Below are positions 9,299 to 19,500 of a stretch of 64,000 bases of DNA, piece by piece. Within the stretch, counting starts at the first letter, position 1. Every line of letters begins with the position of its first letter. Under the pieces are notes generated by a model. That model was not told the DNA's origin, made no database searches, and was given only the letters and a program-made list of their open reading frames with translations. The DNA comes from Candidatus Cloacimonadales bacterium (GTDB lineage Bacteria > Cloacimonadota > Cloacimonadia > Cloacimonadales > JAFGVF01): positions 1,696,001-1,760,000 of the forward strand of contig OY782781.1 of NCBI GenBank assembly GCA_963678315.1. Reading direction: 5' to 3'. Both the position numbers and the translations under genes were made by a program.

Positions 9299-11725
9299 GT
9301 GAAAATTATATATATCATTTTGTTAACATTAACAGTATTCTCATTGTATGGTGAGATTTTCACAGCTCAGGATTCTATGTTGCTTTCTGATAATCTAAAA
9401 CTAATAGAACTAGAAAGTAGCGACCTCAATTTCTTAAAAGATTGGGCAGATGAAACATATCTTAAGAACAATATTATTGTTAAGTCTATCAATAATCCAT
9501 ACTACTTTTTAGATTATATTGAAGAAATTGATAATGCTGATACACAAGAAAAACTGCATGAACAAGCTTTTAACTTTTTAGGAAATAATCAGGACTTAAC
9601 AAGTTCTTATCAGGACAAAAACAAAAGTGAATTTATGCTTACTGATGAAATTGATACTTTTCAGTTAGCTGTAATCATTGAGCAATATATTGATAAGAAA
9701 CTATATAACTATTCCTTAATTTTTAACAAACTAAGTGCTGAACAGATTGACACTCTATATACTTTTGCATCTATGCAGTTCGTAAATACTGAGGAAGAAA
9801 TTTCCATCGACTCAAAGGAGTTAGAGGATATAGTTAATCTTATAGAATGGCAAAGATTTAATGATCCTATTAGTATTGATGCCTCCACAATTAATGAAGA
9901 GAATTTTGAAATCTATAATATTGCTAACTTTCTTACTGTAAATGCTCCTAATATTGAATGGGAGTCTGAAGCTAATTTAATTGAGACTTCTCTTGGACTA
10001 ATCATAATTGGCGGTGTGAGAAACGATGTCTATGATATCGATGAATGTATTGCAATTATTGAACCTTCTGGTAATGATGTTTATAACTTCATAGATTATA
10101 AGCAATCTTCTTTCTTATTAGTTGATTTTGATGGAGATGATTACTATAAATCAGAAGCATCTATGTTCTCTGCTTTGAAAGGCTTCTCAATTGGTTACGA
10201 CTTAGCAGGAGATGATGTTTATACTGCTGTTAATGAAGTTTTTTCCAGTAAACTAGGATTTCAGTCATTTGTAGACCAATCAGGTCATGATATCTATAAA
10301 AGTAATCAGTTTTCTTTGGGAGCATCCATTCTAGGCTATTCAACTTTGATTGATAAAGATGGAAATGATACTTATACAAATGCCCTTTACGGAGAAGGAT
10401 TTGGCTCAGTGTGGGGATTTGGAGTACTTATGGATTTAAAAGGAAGTGATAACTACCTGTCTGGTAATCTTGAATTTCATGCTCCCTTAGCACCCAATGA
10501 TTATCAGTCAATGGGGCAAGGAATGGGAATAGGCTTACGACCTGATTTAGGTGGGGGTATAGGAATCCTAATTGATAAGGAAGGTAATGACAGATATAAT
10601 GGCTCTGTTTATGCTCAAGGAGTTGGCTATTGGTATGCTTTAGGAATTTTAATTGATAGCTCAGGCAATGATTTCTATAATGCGGTTTATTACCCGCAAG
10701 GGTCTGGTATTCACCTAGCCGGCGGTGCTTTAATTGATAAGCAGGGCGAGGATAGCTACTATTCTAAGCATGGACCAGGGCAAGGAGCAGGACATGACTT
10801 TGGTCTTGGTATTTTCATAGACGCAGAAGGTAATGACCACTACTCAATTGAAGGAGGAAATGGTCTTGGATTAACCAATTCAGTAGGACTTTTTATTGAT
10901 AAAAGGGGAAATGATAGATATGAGAATGGGGTTAACAGTAACTATGGTTATGGGAAAAAAGCCCGTTCTACTGGCTCAATAGGTATTTTTATTGATGGTC
11001 AAGGCAAAGATTATTATACTAATGAGACAATGGCAGATTCAACTCACTGGACTCAAGGACTTTATGGTATTGGAGCTGATTTAGAATTTTATGAAAATGA
11101 AATAGCTGTAGATAAAAGTGTTGAAATGCTAGCTATAGAATTTTCTGACCATGATCCAATCGATGAAATATTTCAGTATGCTTCTCAGTGGGAAGTGGGT
11201 AATGTAGTTGAACAAGTAAGAAAAGCTAGAGAGATTTTGATAGCTAGACCTGATGAAAGTTCTCAATATATAATGAATAACAAAATTAATACCCGAGACA
11301 CGAAAGAGTATAGAGCTATAAAAGAATTTTATGAGAATGCTGAAGACAAGCAAACAGATTTAATTTCAGGTCTTAGCTCAACAGATTCATTGATTGTGAA
11401 AAACTCAATTAGCTTAGTTAGTGACTTTAAACTCCAAGAAGCAACATCTTATATTATAGATTTTCTTGATGGAGGTAAGTATATTAGGGAAAATATCATT
11501 GCTCTATCTAGATACAAGAATGATAAATATATAGGTAACATTGTAGCCTTTAAGGATAATGAAAGTGAAAAGCTTCGTTTTGCAGTAGCTAGAGCTTTTG
11601 TAACGATAGATTCTGAAAAATCTAGACAGGAAATTGAGAAAATGCAATATGACTCATCTTTCTTGATAAAAACAATGGCAAGAGAGTACTTAAAGAAATT
11701 CCATGATAAGGAGACTGATAAGTAA
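9299..11725 (+). CDS. Secreted protein with many D-x-x-G-x-D-x-Y repeats and a C-terminal HEAT-like helical region
   Basis: Signal peptide; more than 10 copies of (I/L)D..G(N/D)D.Y separated by Gly-rich strands; helical C-terminus; AAGGA RBS, GTG start. Confidence 0.75.
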   Translation: MKIIYIILLTLTVFSLYGEIFTAQDSMLLSDNLKLIELESSDLNFLKDWADETYLKNNIIVKSINNPYYFLDYIEEIDNADTQEKLHEQAFNFLGNNQDLTSSYQDKNKSEFMLTDEIDTFQLAVIIEQYIDKKLYNYSLIFNKLSAEQIDTLYTFASMQFVNTEEEISIDSKELEDIVNLIEWQRFNDPISIDASTINEENFEIYNIANFLTVNAPNIEWESEANLIETSLGLIIIGGVRNDVYDIDECIAIIEPSGNDVYNFIDYKQSSFLLVDFDGDDYYKSEASMFSALKGFSIGYDLAGDDVYTAVNEVFSSKLGFQSFVDQSGHDIYKSNQFSLGASILGYSTLIDKDGNDTYTNALYGEGFGSVWGFGVLMDLKGSDNYLSGNLEFHAPLAPNDYQSMGQGMGIGLRPDLGGGIGILIDKEGNDRYNGSVYAQGVGYWYALGILIDSSGNDFYNAVYYPQGSGIHLAGGALIDKQGEDSYYSKHGPGQGAGHDFGLGIFIDAEGNDHYSIEGGNGLGLTNSVGLFIDKRGNDRYENGVNSNYGYGKKARSTGSIGIFIDGQGKDYYTNETMADSTHWTQGLYGIGADLEFYENEIAVDKSVEMLAIEFSDHDPIDEIFQYASQWEVGNVVEQVRKAREILIARPDESSQYIMNNKINTRDTKEYRAIKEFYENAEDKQTDLISGLSSTDSLIVKNSISLVSDFKLQEATSYIIDFLDGGKYIRENIIALSRYKNDKYIGNIVAFKDNESEKLRFAVARAFVTIDSEKSRQEIEKMQYDSSFLIKTMAREYLKKFHDKETDK

Positions 11726-11730
11726 AAATT

Positions 11731-12375
11731 ATGCATGACGAAAACCCAATTTCAGGCCACCAATCAACAGGAGAAGAAATATTTAGCTCTATAGTACATG
11801 GACTAGGTGTTCTTATAGCAACTGCCTGTATGATTATTCTTATTGTAAAAGCAACATACATAAACGATGCTAGAATGGTTGTTGGATATGCCATTTATGG
11901 CTTTGGCTCTATCTCCCTTTATCTATCATCTACATTGTTTCACTCTATTACTCATAAAAAAGCTAAGAATATATTCTCCATTTTTGACCAATCAGCAATT
12001 TACCTATTTATTGCAGGTACCTATACTCCGATAACACTTTTTATGCGTAATTCCTTAGGCTGGGTAATGTTTGGAATAATCTGGTTCTTAACTATCATTG
12101 GAATTGTATTTCAAGGCATTAATAAAGGAAAATCTAGCCATATAACAAATACAGTATATCTGGCAATGGGCTGGTTGTTCCTAGGTTTCTTATATTGGAT
12201 GCTAAAGATCTTACCTACTTCTCTATTTATGTGGCTTGCTATCGGGGGTGGCTGTTATACCTTAGGTGTTGTCTTCTATGCCTGGAAAAGACTTCCTTTC
12301 CATCACCCTATCTGGCATATCTTCGTAGTCTTTGGAACTGTCTGTCACTTCTTTGGATTACTCTCTTTGTGCTAA
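11731..12375 (+). CDS. trhA: Hemolysin III / PAQR family membrane protein
   Basis: EE..SSIVH, STLFH, D.SAIYLFIAGTYTP, YLAMGW, H.IWH.FV motifs; multiple TM segments. Confidence 0.9.
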   Translation: MHDENPISGHQSTGEEIFSSIVHGLGVLIATACMIILIVKATYINDARMVVGYAIYGFGSISLYLSSTLFHSITHKKAKNIFSIFDQSAIYLFIAGTYTPITLFMRNSLGWVMFGIIWFLTIIGIVFQGINKGKSSHITNTVYLAMGWLFLGFLYWMLKILPTSLFMWLAIGGGCYTLGVVFYAWKRLPFHHPIWHIFVVFGTVCHFFGLLSLC

Positions 12376-12387
12376 CTCAGCATTTTA

Positions 12388-14230
12388 CCTGAATTAGTCG
12401 GAGCGCCAGCATCTTGCTGGCTTCACTTAGAACATCGTTATAAGTGAATTAGAAGAGACGTTTGGCATAACGTCTCAAACACTTCTATGATCACCCAGGG
12501 TTAAAACCCAGGGCTCTTTGTTGATTAACCCTTACAGGGTATCAATGGATTTAGGATTGTAGCCATCCTTGGTTACAAAAGGAATTTTGCGTAAGCATGA
12601 ACAAAGTTCAGCCTATCGACGGATGCTTACACTCCGATGGTTAAACTAGGATTGCAAGCAACAGTCTTTGCCTGAATTAGTCGGAGCGCCAGCATCTTGC
12701 TGGCTTCACTTAGAACATCGTTATAAGTGAATTAGAAGAGACGTTTGGCACAACGTCTCAAACACTTCTATAATCACCCAGGGTTAAAACCCAGGGCTCT
12801 TTGTTGATTAACCCTTACAGGGTATCAATGGATTTGGGATTGTAGCCATCCCTGGCTACGAAAAGATTTGCGTAAGCATGAACAAAGTTCAGCCTATCGG
12901 CGGATGCTTACACTCCGATGGTTAAACTGGGATTGTAGCCATCAGTCTTCGCCTGAATTAGTCGGAGCGCCAGCATCTTGCTGGCTTCACTTAGAACATC
13001 GTTATAAGTGAATTAGAAGAGACGTTTGGCACAACGTCTCAAACACTTCTATAATCACCCAGGGTTAAAACCCAGGGCTCTTTGTTGATTAACCCTTACA
13101 GGGTATCAATGGATTTGGGATTGTAGCCATCCCTGGCTACGAAAAGATTTGCGTAAGCATGAATAAAGTTCAGCCTATCGGCGGATGCTTACACTCCGAT
13201 GGTTAAACTGGGATTGCAAGCAACAGTCTTTGCCTGAATTAGTCGGAGCGCCAGCATCTTGCTGGCTTCACTTAGAACATCGTTATAAGTGAATTAGAAG
13301 AGACGTTTGGCATAACGTCTCAAACACTTCTATGATCACCCAGGGTTAAAACCCAGGGCTCTTTGTTGATTAACCCTTACAGGGTATCAATGGATTTAGG
13401 ATTGTAGCCATCCTTGGTTACAAAAGGAATTTTGCGTAAGCATGAACAAAGTTCAGCCTATCGACGGATGCTTACACACCGATGGTTAAACTGGGATTGC
13501 AAGCAACAGTCTTTGCCTGAATTAGTCGGAGCGCCAGCATCTTGCTGGCTTCACTTAGAACATCGTTATAAGTGAATTAGAAGAGACGTTTGGCACAACG
13601 TCTCAAACACTTCTATGATCACCCAGGGTTAAAACCCAGGGCTCTTTGTTGATTAACCCTTACAGGGTATCAATGGATTTAGGATTGTAGCCATCCCTGG
13701 CTACGAAAAGATTTGCGTAAGCATGAACAAAGTTCAGCCTATCGGCGGATGCTTACACTCCGATGGTTAAACTAGGATTGTAGCCATCAGTCTTCGCCTG
13801 AATTAGTCCCTGCTTGTGAAGGTATGTTAGGATTGTAGCCATCCCTGGCTACAAAAAGATTTGCGTAAGCATGAACAAAGTTCAGCCTATCGGCGGATGC
13901 TTACACTCCGATGGTTAAACTAGGATTGCAAGCAACAGTCTTTGCCTGAATTAGTCGGAGCGCCAGCATCTTGCTGGCTTCACTTAGAACATCGTTATAA
14001 GTGAATTAGAAGAGACGTTTGGCACAACGTCTCAAACACTTCTATAATCACCCAGGGTTAAAACCTAGGGCTCTTTGTTGATTAACCCTTACAGGGTATC
14101 AATGGATTTGGGATTGTAGCCATCCCTGGCTACGAAAAGATTTGCGTAAGCATGAATAAAGTTCAGCCTATCGGCGGATGCTTACACTCCTATGGTTAAA
14201 CTGGGATTGTAGCCATCAGTCTTCGCCTGA
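12388..14230 (+). repeat. Tandem array of 281-283-bp multi-hairpin units (6 full units and one 148-bp partial)
   Basis: CCTGAATTAG unit starts at 12388, 12671, 12952, 13233, 13516, 13797 (partial) and 13945; near-identical units with no unique spacers. Confidence 0.95.
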
Positions 14231-14430
14231 CACGGTTCCAGTTTGTCAATATTACCCCAACGGGGTAAATTATCCAAAGCCCATGATTTCAATCATGGGT
14301 AGCAATAGTCCCCAATATTACTAGTCCTAGAGGGACTTCTTTATCAAATATATAGCTAGCCAACATCAGAAAAGTACTTTCAGCACTATCTAACAATTAT
14401 ATGCTCTTACCTAGCTTTAAAAAGCTAGGC
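14231..14430 (+). repeat. Left part of a 264-bp repeat unit, interrupted by IS1182
   Basis: Matches the unit at 20387-20651 up to the CCTAGCTTTAAAAAGCTAGG hairpin. Confidence 0.9.
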
Positions 14431-16101
14431 CAGACTGCTGACAAAGTAGAAAAAAGGTGTTTACAGCCAATTTTAGTTTTCATCTGATAGTTGATAGATT
14501 TTTTAGTATTGGTGATGATATTGTTGCATAAGTTCACTATGGGAGACAATATACCCAAAATAATCAAAAAATTTGAGTATTTTTGTTAAAATAGAACCCT
14601 TTTTTAGCTTTTTATTGATTCTCTTAAAGTATTTAACTAATTTTACTAAATTTTGAGTACAAGCTGTCATTAGAGCTTGTTCTTTAACTTTTTCAAGTCC
14701 TCTATATCGTGCATATCGATATCCATGATTTTGTTTTGCATTAGCAAAACTCCTCTCAATAGTCTCTTTTCGTCGCTTATAAATCTCTTTACCACAGAAT
14801 GTTAAACGATTCATATTTATCTTGTCTTTATATTTTTCCCAGACATGCCGATTTAGTACTTTCCTCCTTGTTTTATTTGAAGTACATTTAGATAAATGAG
14901 GACAGTTTTTACAGTCTTCAGCATTTGATACGTATTCTTTGTAGCCCTCTCTTCTTGTTGTTTTGTAATGTAATAATTTGTTATTTGGACAAATATATTG
15001 GTCGTTGACTGAGTCAAATTTGAATTTATTCTTGCTGAAAAATCCTTTTTTATGGCTACCTCTTTTGTACCCTATTACCCCCATTATTCCTTTTTCACAT
15101 AAAAAACGACAATTATCTACAGTATTATACCCAGCATCTAAGCCTACAGCTATAACATTAAAATTAAACCTTTCAATCTGCCGAAGAAGACGAGATTTAT
15201 ATACCACTGCATCATTTATATTCCCAGGTGTTATAAATACATCTGTTATAAAATTACATTTAGGATCCGTTGTCCTATGGTCTAAATAAAAGAAGCCTTG
15301 TGGTTTGCGGTCTCGTGCCATAAAACCACTGTCTGGATCTGTTGTGCTGGATTTAATTGTCTTGGTTTCTTCCTGTGGTTCCTTAGGAGGAAGTGGTTTT
15401 ATATTGTGTTTTTTTCTGTCTTCTGCGACTGCTTCATCCAAATCTTTAATATATTCTTTTGTAGTTCTTTTTACTACAATTTTTATGAACTTATTCTTAT
15501 TCGCATTAGCTTTTATATGGGTTGAGTCTGTATATAAAATTTTCCCATTAACTAAACCATTTTCAATGCCTAACTTAACAATATTATCAAAAATCTCTTG
15601 AAATAAATCATTATTAGCAAATCGTCTTTTACGAGTTTTACTTATAATTGAATGGTGAGGAATTTTATCATTAAATCCGAACCCTAAAAACCATCTATAT
15701 GCAAGATTAACTTGTATTTCTTTAAATATTTGACGTTCTGATTTAATACCAAAGAGATAACCTATTAATATTATTTTAAAAAGAGTTATTGGATTAATAG
15801 CAGGTCTACCAAAAGTCTCATTGTATGTGTCTTTCATTATATCATAAACGAAAGAGAAATCTATATATTCATCAAAAAACCTAAGGATATGATCGTCTGG
15901 AACCTGTTCTTCTAAATTTACAAGCTCGAATTCGTATTGTTTTCTATATTCTTCTTTAATCATTTTATCACCTCTAATTATATGCCTATCATATAATAAG
16001 GAGTAATATTGTCAAGTCTATTTGTGCTTTTTCTGGGTTGTTTAGTACAGAAAAAACATACGAAAATCACACATTGATTACATGACTTTGTCAGCAGTCT
16101 G
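14431..16101 (-). mobile_element. IS1182-family insertion sequence (1671 bp)
   Basis: Perfect 17-bp TIRs CAGACTGCTGACAAAGT / ACTTTGTCAGCAGTCTG; 22-bp direct repeat ACCTAGCTTTAAAAAGCTAGGC at 14409-14430 and 16102-16123. Confidence 0.93.
14503..15963 (-). CDS. IS1182-family DDE transposase
   Basis: VPDDHILR, GRPAINP, DSTHIKANA, STTDPDS, LDAGY, C..CP...C zinc motif, YKRRKETIERSFANAK. Confidence 0.93.
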   Translation of the reverse strand: MIKEEYRKQYEFELVNLEEQVPDDHILRFFDEYIDFSFVYDIMKDTYNETFGRPAINPITLFKIILIGYLFGIKSERQIFKEIQVNLAYRWFLGFGFNDKIPHHSIISKTRKRRFANNDLFQEIFDNIVKLGIENGLVNGKILYTDSTHIKANANKNKFIKIVVKRTTKEYIKDLDEAVAEDRKKHNIKPLPPKEPQEETKTIKSSTTDPDSGFMARDRKPQGFFYLDHRTTDPKCNFITDVFITPGNINDAVVYKSRLLRQIERFNFNVIAVGLDAGYNTVDNCRFLCEKGIMGVIGYKRGSHKKGFFSKNKFKFDSVNDQYICPNNKLLHYKTTRREGYKEYVSNAEDCKNCPHLSKCTSNKTRRKVLNRHVWEKYKDKINMNRLTFCGKEIYKRRKETIERSFANAKQNHGYRYARYRGLEKVKEQALMTACTQNLVKLVKYFKRINKKLKKGSILTKILKFFDYFGYIVSHSELMQQYHHQY

Positions 16102-16306
16102 ACCTAGCTTTAAAAAGCTAGGCTTTGGACAACTAATCCTTTCAGGATAACATCTGAAACTCTTGCCTTTAGTCCGGCTGCATTCAAGCATGATTAAAGA
16201 TGCACATTCAGAAAGGACTGTGATCGGCGAAGACGATTGAATGCACCCCCTCCAAAAAAGGATTGCAAGCATCCCTGGCTACGAAAAGATTTGCGTAAGC
16301 ATGAAC
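16102..16306 (+). repeat. Right part of the interrupted repeat unit plus further REP modules
   Basis: Continues the 264-bp unit after the TSD, then GCATTCAA..TTGAATGC and GGATTGCAAGCATCCCTGGCTAC modules also present at 21339-21465; the first module also occurs at 29430-29501. Confidence 0.85.
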
Positions 16307-16508
16307 TTAGGTACACAGGGAAAGTTTATAGTTAATAAAATAATGTATAAATATATTGACAATATAAAATTACTAATAATATTTAGTTAAAACTTGTTTT
16401 GGAAAGATATTTTACAATAGGTATTTGAGAAAGTTTGGTATTGTAGAAATTGTAGTATCAATATTATGGGCAAAAAAATACTTGGTAACCTAATCAGGAG
16501 GCAGATAA

Positions 16509-19500
16509 ATGAAGAAAATAGCTTTAACTTTTTTATTAATAGTTATTGTAGTAGAAGTTTTTTGTATAAGTCATGAAGAAGGCGATTTAGTAGAGTTTTT
16601 CTTTGGAGAAGAGAACAATTGTGAATATGATAACTGGGTATCTCATGTATCGGAAAAACAGAATTTTAATAGTCAAAATACTTATGCTCCCTTTGATGTA
16701 CAAACGAATGGATTTGGCCAATTTACAATGGCAAGTTCTCAGCAATTAACTTCATGGCAAAGTGCAGTGGATTTATTTTTCAATGAAGAGTATGAGCTAG
16801 CTCAAGAAACTTTAATAGCATCTAATATTCCATATAAAGTTGTAGGGTTTATATATAATGATCAAGAATATATGATGCTAAGGGAAGATATTAATTTGCA
16901 ATACAATGATGATAATAATACAGACGATGAAAGCGATGATGAATTGGGTGCATTTGATTTTGGTTGGGGAATATTTATATATAATCCAGCATCAGGGAGC
17001 CCTGCTATGGTGTCAGTTCCTCATCCTAACGATAGTTTTGTAGGAACTTATCTAAGTGTTCAAGCATTTCTAGATTGCAATTGTAAATATCTTATGATTA
17101 ATGGGACAGGTAGAGAGTTAAATACAAATCAATGTGACCCAACAAGAAACAGTAATCATCCTTATGTCTATTTCTATGAAAAGGCAGCTAATCAAATAAG
17201 ATTGACCCAAGAAAGACATGAGATTGCTTTGCAGTTTGAATCATACGATTGGGACAAACATGAAGCTATGGCAAGTGTTCAGTTATCAGGTAAAATCGAA
17301 TCACCCTTGGGACTTCCAGTTAGAGACTGGTCTAGTAGTCATAATGATGTAATTCAAAATACTGATTACATTGTGTTTGAAGAAGATTACTTTGGTAATA
17401 ATAGTTTAGTTAACTTGAACGAATATTATGGACTTTATGAAAAGTATTCTATACCAACTATTTATCACGATTCTCTATTTACATCTGGTCCTATCGATAT
17501 TGTTGGATATACTGGATCTTCATTGACTGAAGTAAATATCCAGGATTATAATTATTGGTCATCTTATAGTCCCTTTATACATATTGCAGTAGATGAATTT
17601 CCAAACTGTTTTGAGCAAACAGAAGAAAATTATTTCTGGTTTTATGGCTATAATAATATGGATAATACTTGGGATTGGGAAAATAGATATAGCAATTGTG
17701 TTGAATATTATCATCCATTCATGACCGCATTAAATGAAGCACTAAATTGCTTTACTCAAATGGAGGATGGGGATAATCTCCCTCCAGCAGTAACTAATTT
17801 AAATTCTGAAAATACATTTAATGGTGTGAAGTTAAGTTGGCAAGGCCAAACTCCCTATGATTTTGATTCTTATCTACTTTATGTTTCAGAAACTCCGATA
17901 AGTAATGGTAATTATACGGTCTATGATAGTTCAGAAGAGAATGGATTGTATCAGCTAGGTTTTCCAGGTACAAAGAATGTTCTTATAGAAGATCTAAATG
18001 TGGGAACAGATTATTATTTCGCCATTGCTCAGCGTGATGTTTACGGCAATGTTTCAGAAATCTCGAATGAAAGCAACTCTACAACTTTACAAGCTTCTTT
18101 TAATAGATTTAGAACTATTGTAAAACAAGACACTATCGTTGTTGAAGCTTTTATTGAGGAAAGCACAAATTGTTCTTTATTTAGGCTTTACAGGAAAGAA
18201 GAAGGTCAAGAATATCAAGAATTATATAGTGGGAATTATATAAATCGCTACTATGATTCTGATATAGAAAATGATCTTGTTTATTCTTATAAGGTTTGTG
18301 CAATTAGCAACCTAAATGAGTTAATTCAAGTTTCACCTGAGTTGACAGCTTCTTGTCCTACATATCACAAGCTACAGTTGTCTGGTGGTAATCTTTTAAC
18401 CGATTTTACTTTTGGCAAAAGCTCATGTGCAACAGATGGCTATGATTTAGGTTATGATCAAAACTATGATACTATGAATAGTTTTGAACTTTACTCGGAA
18501 ATAGACTATTTGCAGGTCGCGAATGGGCAGGTAGAAAGAGAAGTTATTGGTGAATTTGATAGTAATGAAACATACCATAAATTTGATTTACATTTATACG
18601 CTCCTTATATAGGAACTTCTGATCTAGTCTTCTCTATGAGTAGTGATGATCTTGCTAATACAACAGACAAATTCTATATTTCCTACAATAATGAGCTTTA
18701 TAATCTAAGAGAGGGAGATATCCAGCTTTCTGTCGAAACAACTAACCATGCTTTTGAACTATATTGGGGTAATCTCCCTGCAAATGTAAGCTTTGCTAAT
18801 GATTCAGGAATCATTAGTGGAAGAGGTATCTCAGATTCAATTGAGTGGACAAGCCAGTTTCCTGAACTAGTTGATTCTTATTCTGTATATTTCAAGAATG
18901 AGCAAGATTCTATATTAGTAGCTGATAACTTATCATCAGATATATCTAGCATTGACTGGGAATATCAAGGCAATGAAACTATAAGATCAATCAATTGCTA
19001 TGTTATGGTTCACACTTTACAAGGGCAAGATATTGTCTTTAAGAATAACCACTCTTCTTTACTTTTGGGTAATTTAGATAATATAATTTTAGATAATGAA
19101 GAATCTTCGAACTGGTTAGTATCATATCCTTTTTCTCAAGCTCAGAATATCAATGAAATTAGTAATCTAGATCAAGTATATTCTTTTAACAATGGCGAAT
19201 ATCTTCAGCAGGATAACATCATTAATAATGAAGGATATCTCGCTGTTATCAATGGATCTGTTGAAATCTCTATTTTAGGTGAATGTCTAGTTGATGAAAA
19301 TACTATCTTTTTAAATCAAGGTTGGAATTTAATTGCTAATCCTCATCCTATAGAATATAATGTGTCAGACTTACTATTCTACTATGGAAACACTTTTAGG
19401 TCACCTAGTTACGTTATAACTCAAGAAGCAATTTCTCCTTACTTTATGGGGATTAGAAATGATTCTTACAGCGAAATAAGGACAATAAAGTCTTATGAAA

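Noticed and set aside
12597..12644. 15-codon ORF (MNKVQPI(D/G)GCLHSDG) in each 281-bp unit
   Set aside because: No convincing RBS, and the sequence is explained by hairpin symmetry; cannot be fully excluded without ribosome profiling
12388..14230. CRISPR array
   Set aside because: Whole units are near-identical with no unique spacers, the period is far too long, and there are no cas genes in the window
16078..16272. 64-aa minus-strand ORF
   Set aside because: Spans the IS1182 end and repeat DNA, so it is a chance frame
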